Below are positions 47,083 to 55,758 of a stretch of 64,000 bases of DNA, in pieces (within the stretch, counting starts at the first letter, position 1; each line of letters begins with the position of its first letter). Below the pieces are notes generated by a model. The model was not told the DNA's origin. It saw only the letters and a list, made by a program, of their open reading frames with translations, and did not search any database. The position numbers were made by a program, and so were the translations under genes. Location: positions 576,001 through 640,000 of the forward strand of contig CAWJSK010000012.1 of the NCBI GenBank assembly GCA_963845535.1, read 5' to 3'. The stretch is from an uncultured Spirochaetota bacterium (lineage in GTDB: Bacteria > Spirochaetota > Spirochaetia > SZUA-6 > Fen-1364).

Positions 47083-48321
47083 TTGGCACAGACTCCAGAC
47101 AGCCTTCTTGCAACGTCCCCTGTGCGCCTTTCGTACCTGGACTGGCTCCGCTTTCTGGTCGTGCTTTGCCTCGCGCCCTTCCATGCCGTGCTCAGCTACA
47201 CGGGCATGGGCGTTGTATATGTCTACGACACTCCGATCCGTGATTTCTTTCTTTCGGGCGTGTTCCCCCATAACGCCGGGCCGGCGGCTATGAGGATCTT
47301 CACAGTCTTCATGGACAACTGGTTCATGCACCTTCTGTTCATGATCTCAGGCGTCGCGGCGGCTTCTTCCCTTCGTAAGCGAAGCGCCGGCCAGTTCGTC
47401 GGTGAGCGCGCCAACCGGCTGCTTTTGCCCTTACTTCTCGGTACGCTCTGCGTCATCTCCATCCAGTCGTGGCTGCGGGCCTTGTCGTTCGGAAGGTTCT
47501 CCGGAGGCTTCTTCTCCTTCTACCCGCACTTTTTCCAGGGGGTCAACGCCGGTCCGGCCAGCACGGGGAACTTCGACTACGGTCAACTCTGGTTCCTGCT
47601 GTACCTCTTTGTCTTCTCTACGTTGGCGCTGCCCTTGCTACTCACTGTCAAGCGCAAGGGAGAGGCTTCACGGTTCCTAGTAGCGGGACGACACTTTTCC
47701 GGCGGCGCGCTCGTGTTGGTGCCGGCTGTCTGGATCGCGATATTGGAAGGCGCCTTCCGTCCGGGATGGCCGGGGTTTCAGAACCTTGTGAACGATTGGG
47801 CCAACTTCACTGTGTATCTTTCCTTCTTTGTGTTCGGCTACGCGGCGGGAGTAGCGCGAGACTTGCTTGCGGCAATGGAAAGAAATCGCCTCATTGCGCT
47901 CGTACTGGGCTTGCTTGCCTTTGCAGCCCGTATGGCCGTCTATCGGCTGCTCCCGGTTCCTTCTGGCTATCACTGGACCAATATCGCGGCGCAGGCCTTC
48001 CGTGGTGCCGCCGCGTTTGGGTTGGTGGTTGCGGCGATGGGTTATGGACGCAGGTACCTCAATAGTGAAAGCTGCGCGCTCTCGGCCGCGCGTGACTTGG
48101 CCTTCCCTTTGTATGTCTTGCACTTCGCACCCCTGAGCGCGGCGACCTATCTGCTGCTGGAGACAGGCCTGAGCGTTTGGGCCCGTTGGGCTATTGCAGT
48201 AGGCGCATCGTGGGTGACTGTAGCGATCTTCACCTACGCGGCTCGGTTCGTTCCTCTTGTTCGGGACATTCTGGGCATTCGGCCGGGCCGTGTTCTAAAC
48301 GTGAGAGTCTCGAAGGTCTGA
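47083..48321 (+). CDS. acyltransferase-3 family membrane protein (OpgC/MdoC-like)
   Basis: YLDWLR, WFMHLLFMISG, ER-x-x-RLLLP, LWFLLYLF, YVLH; TTG start after AAGGAG. Confidence 0.88.
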   Translation: MAQTPDSLLATSPVRLSYLDWLRFLVVLCLAPFHAVLSYTGMGVVYVYDTPIRDFFLSGVFPHNAGPAAMRIFTVFMDNWFMHLLFMISGVAAASSLRKRSAGQFVGERANRLLLPLLLGTLCVISIQSWLRALSFGRFSGGFFSFYPHFFQGVNAGPASTGNFDYGQLWFLLYLFVFSTLALPLLLTVKRKGEASRFLVAGRHFSGGALVLVPAVWIAILEGAFRPGWPGFQNLVNDWANFTVYLSFFVFGYAAGVARDLLAAMERNRLIALVLGLLAFAARMAVYRLLPVPSGYHWTNIAAQAFRGAAAFGLVVAAMGYGRRYLNSESCALSAARDLAFPLYVLHFAPLSAATYLLLETGLSVWARWAIAVGASWVTVAIFTYAARFVPLVRDILGIRPGRVLNVRVSKV

Positions 48322-48436
48322 TTCCCGTCTTCGGCGCGATTCCAACGAGACGAGACAGATTTCGCTTTCTTCGCCTGTAGACTAGCCCATGTTCGGGTGG
48401 GTTAGACAAAAAGCAGGAGGTCTGTCAAAAAGCCCT

Positions 48437-48467
48437 GAAAAAGCGGCCGCGGGGGGCCGGCCGCTTT
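48437..48467 (-). terminator. rho-independent terminator of the DOMON gene
   Basis: AAAGCGGCCG-loop-CGGCCGCTTT hairpin followed by a T-run on the minus strand. Confidence 0.6.
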
Positions 48468-48490
48468 GCTGAACCTTTTTCCTCTTCGAG

Positions 48491-49042
48491 CTATTCGAGG
48501 GCCAGGCTCGTCAGGTTTCGATACGTGTGATATTGGCTGAAGCTGCCCAGGTCTCCCATTGCGAAGATCAGGTCGAGAGCGGACTGACCTGCCTTGATGT
48601 ATGCGTCCGCCTTGAGAGCAACCTCGAGTGTCGTCTTTCCGCCGCGCTCTTTCAGCGCATAGGACACCAGGGTGTCTGCGACAGTGGCAGGCGCATCATG
48701 GTGGGAATGCCCGCTGCCCACCTGAGGCTTGAAGTAGACTTTTCCGCCTTTCACGTATCCCATGAAGATATCAGCTCCGTCCATTCTCTGGCCCAGCCCG
48801 ATGGCGACCCATCCCGTTGTGTTGCCGACCACTGCGAGGTACAGGGTGCCGCCGGATCGGCTGGCGTACAAAGTAATCTGCTGGTCGAAATCCTGGGAGA
48901 AGCTGTATTCGCCGGCCTGGATGACGCCGTCCACGGACGGCTTGCGGACGCTTTTCCCCAGCTTGCCTTGCGCAAAAGCTTGAGCGCCCATGCCTGCGAG
49001 GAGCACGGCTATCACCACTGTCATGACTCGCAATTTGTTCAT
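48491..49042 (-). CDS. secreted DOMON-domain protein
   Basis: Signal peptide; GWVAIGL...MDGADIFMGY...C-terminal YH (DOMON Met/His pattern). Confidence 0.75.
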   Translation of the reverse strand: MNKLRVMTVVIAVLLAGMGAQAFAQGKLGKSVRKPSVDGVIQAGEYSFSQDFDQQITLYASRSGGTLYLAVVGNTTGWVAIGLGQRMDGADIFMGYVKGGKVYFKPQVGSGHSHHDAPATVADTLVSYALKERGGKTTLEVALKADAYIKAGQSALDLIFAMGDLGSFSQYHTYRNLTSLALE

Positions 49043-49118
49043 TGTGTCTGCGTCTCCTTTACGGCTTAAGATAATGACCGGTCTGAGGCGGGGGCAACCA
49101 AATCGAGAATCTGGTCCG

Positions 49119-50594
49119 CTACTTGTTTTCTGTCGTGATCGAAAGCACGTTTCCGGGGTAGATGCGGTCAGGGTCAGGGAGAGCATTCCGCTCCTGCATG
49201 AGTCTCAGAAAATCCTTCCATTCACTTGCCACCGTCCCGTCACTGCGCAAGGAGCGGTAGATCTTCCACAGTGAGTCGCCCTGCTGCACGACGTGGGAGG
49301 GGCCGGGCCTCAGCCGTTGGAGCGGCGCGGCCGGTTGCTGCGCCGGCGCGCTTTCAGACGATGGCACCACAGCGGCGCGGGCGCTGCCAGGCGCAGAGGG
49401 TTGACGCAGGCCAACGTCGACGGCTGTAACGATCAGGGCGACAGCAAGGATGAAGGGACCCAGGGCGAGAATCCAGCCCTGCCAGCTTCCCTGCACCGCC
49501 CGGGCGCGCTGCACTGCCCGCGCTCCCAGCGTCGTCTGCGTTTGCGGCGTCGTCTGCGTTTGCGGCGTCGTCTGCGTTTGCGGAGCCGGCTGCGTGTGCA
49601 GCGCCGGCTGCGTGTGCGGCGCCGACGGCCCGCCTTGGGCTTTCGGTGCCCGCGGTACCGGCAGCCTGCGCGGCGCAGGTTGCCCGCGTGCCGACGGCTT
49701 CGAGCGCGGCGCGCCTCGGGAGCGTTCATCCGCGGCATGCCGCGGCGCACGCGGCATGCCGCCCCGCGCGCTGGATTGGACGAACGAAAGGCGTGGGGCG
49801 GCTGCTCCCGCCTTTTCAGCCGTGCGCGCGGGCGCCGCGGGCGGCTTGGCATCCGAGAAGTACTTGTCCAAAAAATAGGATGCGGATTCCCGGGCGGACC
49901 GATAGTCCGAGGTATCCGCCTGGGTTGGTGGGAGTATGTCGGCGTACCGGGCGCTCTTCTGTGCGTTCTTCCACGCCTCCGCCAGCTCGCGCCTTTCCGC
50001 CGCTGAAATGTCTTGCGTCCTCCCGCGCACCTTCAACGCTGGAAAGCAAATCCGCAGGATGAGGAGAATGAGATGGGCGTTCTCATTGCTCAAGTCGTCT
50101 CTCAGGGAAAGCACGTAGAGGTAAAGGAGAAGCCGGGGGGTAAGGGACCCCTTCAGGCGGCCGGCGAGCTCCACGCTGCGACGGGCAAGGAGCTTCTTCT
50201 CCAGATAGGTGTATTGCGTGAGGTCATAGAGGAGCTGCTGGGACACCGGTGGATCATCGTTGAAGATGAACCTCACCATCAGCTCGAACTGGGAGAGAGT
50301 CAGGGATCCGGGAAGGCTTGCCGAGAGAAAGTGGACCAGCCTGTGCGGCGGGACTCCGCTCATGTGCATGATGCACGCCGCCTTCACGGCGCTGTCCGCG
50401 GTGAAAGCGCTGATGGACTTCAAGCGGCGCGCGATTCTTCCCTGGTAGAACGGACGTTGGTCTGACGAACGGGGTGACTGCCCCAGGAGGCGGAAAATCT
50501 TCGACAGGACGTCGGAAGCCTCGAGCGGACGATCGCCCAGCAGATCATCGAGCAGAGCGTCGAGCCGACGTGTAGCGCCGTCATCGCCTAGCAT
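49119..50594 (-). CDS. membrane protein: helical cytoplasmic N-domain, Pro/Gln/Thr linker, TM helix, C-terminal LysM
   Basis: HVVQQGDSLWKI...N...PDRIYPGNVLSI LysM; TM WILALGPFILAVALIVTAV. Confidence 0.8.
   Translation of the reverse strand: MLGDDGATRRLDALLDDLLGDRPLEASDVLSKIFRLLGQSPRSSDQRPFYQGRIARRLKSISAFTADSAVKAACIMHMSGVPPHRLVHFLSASLPGSLTLSQFELMVRFIFNDDPPVSQQLLYDLTQYTYLEKKLLARRSVELAGRLKGSLTPRLLLYLYVLSLRDDLSNENAHLILLILRICFPALKVRGRTQDISAAERRELAEAWKNAQKSARYADILPPTQADTSDYRSARESASYFLDKYFSDAKPPAAPARTAEKAGAAAPRLSFVQSSARGGMPRAPRHAADERSRGAPRSKPSARGQPAPRRLPVPRAPKAQGGPSAPHTQPALHTQPAPQTQTTPQTQTTPQTQTTLGARAVQRARAVQGSWQGWILALGPFILAVALIVTAVDVGLRQPSAPGSARAAVVPSSESAPAQQPAAPLQRLRPGPSHVVQQGDSLWKIYRSLRSDGTVASEWKDFLRLMQERNALPDPDRIYPGNVLSITTENK
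49529..49618. repeat. 18-bp tandem repeat x5 (encodes PQTQTT/xHTQPA)
   Basis: GCGTCGTCTGCGTTTGCG x3 plus two variants, in frame within the LysM gene. Confidence 0.85.
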
Positions 50595-50690
50595 GCCACG
50601 CTTCCGAAAAACACTACCGTGATCGGCATTCCGGTGTCAAGAAACGGCACAACGTAATGATTATGCCTTTTCGGACCGAAAATGAGGGGA

Positions 50691-51551
50691 ATGCAGGGAT
50701 CACGGGTGCTCACCAAGGTCACGCGATACCGCACGGAAGGGAAAAGACGCTCCACCTCCAACGCCTACAGGAGGAAGATCAGGAGTGCGCTTCTTTCCCT
50801 GACGCGCACCGTCATTCTCTGCGCCACTTCCGAGCAGGTGGATGCGGCCGCCGCGCTTGCGCAGCTCATCAGCGCCCAGGGCATGAACAATCGCAATTAC
50901 CTGCTTTTTCTCACGCTCCTGGAGACGAATAATCCCTTCGTGATCGATGTTCTTCTCGGAGAGCGAAACCCGTTCCTCCTGTTCTCTCCCATCAAGCCGA
51001 ACTGGTACTTGTTGAGGGAGACCTTCCGCATCCTCGCCAAGTACAAGGGAAATGAGCTGTCCGAAAAGGCCCTTCTTGCCTTCATGGGTGTGGTCCAGAA
51101 TGCGTACAAGGCCTCCAAGGACGGGTACAAGATCTATCCGCTCAGCCTGTCGGACGTGTACAGCATTGGCAAGCACCTGGACAAGGAAAGAGACCAGATA
51201 GAGCCGCGCAACCGTTTGCTTCTTGACATACTCTTCGACATCTACTACGTTGGCATCGACAGTGAGGATCGTGACACCATCCGCATAGGCATCAAGGCCA
51301 ACGATATCAGGATGGCATTCTTCGACAATACCAAGAAGATGGTGGACGCTCTTCCCAACGTGCTGCTTGTCAAGGATTCCGTACGGGCTCCGATTGGACC
51401 AAAGAGCTTTTCCTGGAGTCCGGAAGTAAGCAGAGAGAGCGCTGTTGCTGTCTCTGGTCCGAGTGAAAAACCGCCGGTACGAACGGCGAGGTCAAAGTCC
51501 CCCGTAAGAAAAAAACCAGCACAAAAGCGCGACGCAACACGGAAAAAATAA
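50691..51551 (+). CDS. unknown-family helical protein, paralog 1 of 5
   Basis: Shared motifs NYLLF...N-x-FVID...KDGYKIYPLS...IGKHLDK...NRLLLDIL...IRMAFFD; basic C-tail; start uncertain (50682/50691). Confidence 0.8.
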   Translation: MQGSRVLTKVTRYRTEGKRRSTSNAYRRKIRSALLSLTRTVILCATSEQVDAAAALAQLISAQGMNNRNYLLFLTLLETNNPFVIDVLLGERNPFLLFSPIKPNWYLLRETFRILAKYKGNELSEKALLAFMGVVQNAYKASKDGYKIYPLSLSDVYSIGKHLDKERDQIEPRNRLLLDILFDIYYVGIDSEDRDTIRIGIKANDIRMAFFDNTKKMVDALPNVLLVKDSVRAPIGPKSFSWSPEVSRESAVAVSGPSEKPPVRTARSKSPVRKKPAQKRDATRKK

Positions 51552-51557
51552 GTAAAT

Positions 51558-51586
51558 TTGACAACGTAGAGATGGACTCATAGAAT
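51558..51586 (+). promoter_or_regulatory. near-consensus sigma70 promoter for paralogs 2-5
   Basis: TTGACA-N17-TAGAAT. Confidence 0.75.
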
Positions 51587-51718
51587 CTCCTAGGGCATTG
51601 ACGGAGGAGCCGCGCCGGTGCACGGATGCGCGGAGTACGTGGCCCAAAGATGGAGGGCGGTCCTGGGAGGCGCGGAAATGTTCGGAACGCGCGCGCCAGG
51701 AATCGTGGGGAGATCGAA

Positions 51719-52429
51719 ATGCTTCAATTTCCCGTGTTGGAGTTCTGGAAAGAGGAAGATCTCTACAAACTGCAGGTGCAGGCCGTCTCACGGTTCATGA
51801 GATGCGACACGCCGCAGGCGGTGGAAGCGTCCCTGGAGTTCGCGCGCCACCTCAACAACCAGGGCCTCGATTCGGACAACTACCCCCTGTTCCTCGAAAT
51901 CCTCCGAAACGAAAACAGCTTCGTCACCGAAGCGCTCATCGGCAAGGAAAAGGCGTTCGACCTTTTCTCACGGGTGCAGCCCAACCCGTATATCGTCGGC
52001 TTTTGCTTCCAGGTGCTTCGCTCATACAAGCCGGGCGGGGTCAATGACCTCACGCTGGAGCTGATCTTCGGAATCCTGTATCGCGTGTACCACAGCGCAA
52101 AGGAAGGCAACGCGCTGCATCCGCTTTCGATCGAGGATGTGAACGCGGTTGGAAAGTTCCTGGACAAGGGAAAGCCGCAGACGGACCCCATCAACCGGTT
52201 CATCCTCGACATCCTGGCTGACATTTCCGAGTACCGATCCATAAACAATGAGGATCCCCGCGTGGACAAGAACGCCTCGCACGCCACGGCCATTCGAAAC
52301 GCCTTCTTCGACAGGAAGCGCGAAATGTCGAGCGTGATGCCGCCGGAAATCCTGGCGCGCGGAAACTACCTGGCAACCACCGTCAAGCCGAGAAAACAGA
52401 AATCCCTCGGCGCCACGAAATCGAGATAG
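51719..52429 (+). CDS. unknown-family helical protein, paralog 2 of 5
   Basis: AVEAS...GLDSDNYPLF...QPNPY...VGKFLDK...NRFILDIL...IRNAFFD; GGGAG RBS. Confidence 0.85.
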   Translation: MLQFPVLEFWKEEDLYKLQVQAVSRFMRCDTPQAVEASLEFARHLNNQGLDSDNYPLFLEILRNENSFVTEALIGKEKAFDLFSRVQPNPYIVGFCFQVLRSYKPGGVNDLTLELIFGILYRVYHSAKEGNALHPLSIEDVNAVGKFLDKGKPQTDPINRFILDILADISEYRSINNEDPRVDKNASHATAIRNAFFDRKREMSSVMPPEILARGNYLATTVKPRKQKSLGATKSR

Positions 52430-52441
52430 GAGGACGAAAAC

Positions 52442-53134
52442 ATGGCTCAGCTGGATGAGTTCAACAAGGAGGTGTGGTCCGATCAGTCGATCTTCCGCGT
52501 GGAAAACCACATCATCAACAACATCTTCGCGTGCCGCACGACGGACGCCGTAGAGGCGGCCATTACGTACGCCGCGTTCCTGCGAAAGAGCGGCCTCACG
52601 AACGAGAACTATCCCTTGTTCATGAAGCTGCTGGAAATGGAAAACCACTTCGTGATCGACTCCCTGCTGGGGACCACGGATCCGTTCCTGTTCCTGACCC
52701 CCATCCAGCCCACGAAGCACCTGGTGTCCACCTGCTTCCGCCTGCTCACCAACTGGCATCCGGGGGGAATCTACCCGAAGACCCTGGCAATCGTGATGGG
52801 CGCCCTGCAGTCTGCCTACAGCTACGCCAAGGACGGGTACAAGATTCACACCGTGACGATCAACGACATAAACAACCTGGGCAAGCACCTCAACAAGGAA
52901 AAGGGACAGGACGAGCCGGTCAACCGGGCCATCCTGGACATCCTGGACCGCCTTGCCTCCCTGGAAGGTCAGGGGGACTCCGAGATGGAGCTGCTGGCCC
53001 GCCAGTGCAACGTGATCCGCGGCAACTTCTTCGACAAGCGCCGCAAGATGGAAGACGCCATCCCCCAGGTGCTCCTCGTAAAGTCCGACTACCTCGTGAA
53101 AGAGGTCCTGCCGGGCAACGTTTTCCAGGATTGA
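52442..53134 (+). CDS. unknown-family helical protein, paralog 3 of 5
   Basis: AVEAAITYA...GLTNENYPLF...DGYKI...LGKHLNK...NRAILDIL...IRGNFFD; AGGAGG RBS. Confidence 0.88.
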   Translation: MAQLDEFNKEVWSDQSIFRVENHIINNIFACRTTDAVEAAITYAAFLRKSGLTNENYPLFMKLLEMENHFVIDSLLGTTDPFLFLTPIQPTKHLVSTCFRLLTNWHPGGIYPKTLAIVMGALQSAYSYAKDGYKIHTVTINDINNLGKHLNKEKGQDEPVNRAILDILDRLASLEGQGDSEMELLARQCNVIRGNFFDKRRKMEDAIPQVLLVKSDYLVKEVLPGNVFQD

Positions 53135-53153
53135 TGGAAAGGGAGATTAAACC

Positions 53154-54002
53154 ATGGTCATTCTGGACAGGACAAAGACCTACACCGCGACCGACATCGC
53201 GGCCATCGAGAACAAGATGCTGAGCGGGATCCTCGCGTGCCGCACCGTGGAGGCGGTGGAATCCGCCATCACCTACGCTCACTTCCTCAACAAGACAGGG
53301 CTTACCGCGGAGAACTATCCCCTGTTCATCAAGGTGCTGGAGATCGGAAACCACTGGGTCATCGACGCACTGATCGGCTCCCGGGACCCCTTCCTTTTCT
53401 TCAGCTCCATCCAGCCCAACACGCAGCTTCTCACCGCCGCGTTCAACCTCCTGGCGGAGAGACATCCCGGCGGGCTGTACGCAAAGTCCCTCTCCGTGGT
53501 CCTGGGGATCCTGCAGGCCGCGTACAACGTCCCCATCGACGGCTACAAGATCTATCCCTTGAGCGTCTCGGACCTCAACGCGCTGGGCAAGCACCTGGAC
53601 GAGGAAGCGGGGCAGGAAGACTCCCTCAACCGCTGCATCCTCGACATACTGGAGAAGGTGGCGCAGCTCGAGGGGCTTGATGCCACCAACCGAAGCATGG
53701 AAGAGGTGGCAATCCACTCGAACGAGATCCGCAACTTCTTCTTCGACACCACGAAGCACCTGAACGAGGTCATCCCGCCCGTGCTGCTGGCGCGCATGAG
53801 CTTCAAGGACTTCGAGATCCCGCCTCGCGGATCGATGGAGTTCACCAAGAGCAAGCTGGCGCAGGAAGACAAGATCGCCAAAGAGCAGATCAACATCCGC
53901 GTCACCTCGCGCGGGCAGTCAACGGCCAAGGAGCAGCCGGCACCGGCGGCCGCGGCCAAGAAGGAGCCTAACGGCTCCTCACCTCGGCGGAAGTCGACGT
54001 AA
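53154..54002 (+). CDS. unknown-family helical protein, paralog 4 of 5
   Basis: AVESAITYA...GLTAENYPLF...DGYKIYPLS...LGKHLDE...NRCILDIL...IRNFFFD; disordered C-tail. Confidence 0.88.
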   Translation: MVILDRTKTYTATDIAAIENKMLSGILACRTVEAVESAITYAHFLNKTGLTAENYPLFIKVLEIGNHWVIDALIGSRDPFLFFSSIQPNTQLLTAAFNLLAERHPGGLYAKSLSVVLGILQAAYNVPIDGYKIYPLSVSDLNALGKHLDEEAGQEDSLNRCILDILEKVAQLEGLDATNRSMEEVAIHSNEIRNFFFDTTKHLNEVIPPVLLARMSFKDFEIPPRGSMEFTKSKLAQEDKIAKEQINIRVTSRGQSTAKEQPAPAAAAKKEPNGSSPRRKST

Positions 54003-54010
54003 CGCAATTG

Positions 54011-54041
54011 CAGGACCGCGGGGGCGCTCCCCGCGGTCCTG
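54011..54041 (+). other. 13-bp perfect GC-rich hairpin between paralogs 4 and 5
   Basis: CAGGACCGCGGGG-GCGCT-CCCCGCGGTCCTG; no U-tract. Confidence 0.7.
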
Positions 54042-54056
54042 GCATAGAGGACGCGC

Positions 54057-54761
54057 ATGGACATCCAAAAGATTAAAGACGAAGTGCGGGTGGGAAACAT
54101 CTCCCCTGAGGCAGTGGACTACCTGAAGCACCGGGCCATCACGGAAATCCTGGAAGGGAAATCGGTGTCCGCCGCAAACGCGCTCTGGGCTTACGCGAGC
54201 TTCCTCAACCGCTCGGGGATCACGGCCGACAATTACCCGCTGTACCTCAGCATGCTGGCAAGCAACAACCGCCACGCCGTCGACGCCCTTCTTGACGGCC
54301 ATGATCCCGAGCACTACCTGGACTGTGTGGTCCCCAACCCCTACATCGTGAAAGCCGTCTTCGAAACGTTCACGTCGCTCAAGGCAAACGAGATCTACGA
54401 GAAGTCGCTTCTCGTGTTCCTCGGGTTCCTCTCCAAGGTCTATTTCGCCGCTGAGGAGGGCTACCAGATGTACCCGGTAACCCCCGAGCATGTAAACTCC
54501 CTCGGCAAGTTCCTCGACAAGTCGCATGACCAGGAATGGCCGCTCAACCGCGGCATCCTGGACGTGCTGGGCACAATCGCGGACCTCGACAAGCCGCATG
54601 AGCCAGACGTGAAGAAACGCGACGTCGCGGCCCAAGCCGGGCGCATCCGCTCGGACTACTTCGACAATGCGCGGCGCCTGAACCAGTCCATTACCGAGGT
54701 GATACTGGAAAAGGCGAAGTCACCGAGCTTCGGGATTCCGCCCGAGCACATCTACGAGTAG
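54057..54761 (+). CDS. unknown-family helical protein, paralog 5 of 5
   Basis: YASFL...GITADNYPLY...PNPY...EGYQMYP...LGKFLDK...NRGILDVL...IRSDYFD. Confidence 0.85.
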   Translation: MDIQKIKDEVRVGNISPEAVDYLKHRAITEILEGKSVSAANALWAYASFLNRSGITADNYPLYLSMLASNNRHAVDALLDGHDPEHYLDCVVPNPYIVKAVFETFTSLKANEIYEKSLLVFLGFLSKVYFAAEEGYQMYPVTPEHVNSLGKFLDKSHDQEWPLNRGILDVLGTIADLDKPHEPDVKKRDVAAQAGRIRSDYFDNARRLNQSITEVILEKAKSPSFGIPPEHIYE

Positions 54762-54797
54762 GAACTGCCTCGCTTTCCGTCTCCGCGAAGCGCGGCT

Positions 54798-55715
54798 TCA
54801 TTTTTCCTTGTAGATATTGGTGAACGTGCTCCCCATGTCCTTGTACTTCTCTTTTCCCTTGACGACAGAGACTTTGGGGAACTGGCCGGCGAAATAGTCA
54901 TGCACATACTCGATGCGCTTGAGGATGTTGTCGGTGACGGTCTTTGCCAGCGCGGCGTGATCCGGCTGGAAGCGCAGGCATCCCTTGCACAGCTCGAGGA
55001 GCATCTTGCGCCCCACTTTCGCGAAGGCGTCGAAGCGCATGCCGAAGAACTCCATGTCGTAGCTCAGGAAGTGCTCGACCTTCAGCGGCGTGAGGTAGCG
55101 AGTTTTCTCAATGCGCTCCCATCCGAATGATTCGGCGCGGCCCTTGATCTTGGCGCCCGGGAAGAGCAGGTCCACATTGGAGAAATCGATGGCGATCACC
55201 ACCTGCTCTCCCCGTGATGTGTAGCGGATCATGTAGTTGTTGGGGTTCCTGTCCTCATCGCAGTAGATCCAGCGGTTCACGAGATCAAGGGCGAGCTGCT
55301 CCTTGAGCTGCGGGATGTCGGTGTAGTTGGCTCCGGTGAGCTGTTCCGCCTTGGTGATGATCTTGGCGGCCTTGTACAGCTCCCCGCCAATGCGCGTGAC
55401 GAGGGTGGGCGCGGAAATCGTCTTCGTGTAGAAGTCCAGGAAAAAGCAGATGGACCCCATTGCGGCCCCCAACGCGTCCTCCTCGGAGACTTTTTTCACG
55501 ATCCAGTGGTGTTGCGGGTCCGCCTTTTCCGCGGCGCCCACGTAGTCTCGCACCTCGGCAAAGAAGGGAATCTTCATGCCGGAATCGATCACGAGAAAGT
55601 CATCCTTGAGCAGGCGCTCCAGCAGGTCGGGATAGGTCGTGTCCGCGCACAGGAGATGGATGATGTCCTCATCGTAAAGGAAGGCGGTACGGTCCGTGTA
55701 GTCGAAATAGCTCAT
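54798..55715 (-). CDS. HipA-like / PI3-PI4-kinase-like atypical protein kinase
   Basis: WIVKK (ATP lysine), catalytic loop DEDRNPNNYMI, IAIDFS (DFG equivalent); GGAG RBS. Confidence 0.72.
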   Translation of the reverse strand: MSYFDYTDRTAFLYDEDIIHLLCADTTYPDLLERLLKDDFLVIDSGMKIPFFAEVRDYVGAAEKADPQHHWIVKKVSEEDALGAAMGSICFFLDFYTKTISAPTLVTRIGGELYKAAKIITKAEQLTGANYTDIPQLKEQLALDLVNRWIYCDEDRNPNNYMIRYTSRGEQVVIAIDFSNVDLLFPGAKIKGRAESFGWERIEKTRYLTPLKVEHFLSYDMEFFGMRFDAFAKVGRKMLLELCKGCLRFQPDHAALAKTVTDNILKRIEYVHDYFAGQFPKVSVVKGKEKYKDMGSTFTNIYKEK

Positions 55716-55758
55716 TGCGTCTGCTCCCGTTTGTCTCGCATTTTCGTCTTCTGCGTCC

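Noticed and set aside
49529..49618. Possible CRISPR array
   Set aside because: Contiguous 18-bp in-frame coding repeats with no spacers and no cas genes.
51587..51669. Known riboswitch (c-di-GMP, SAM)
   Set aside because: No recognisable conserved riboswitch core by eye; kept only as a structured-leader candidate.
54798..55715. Classical hipBA toxin-antitoxin module
   Set aside because: No adjacent HipB/XRE gene; the partner is a phosphoesterase.
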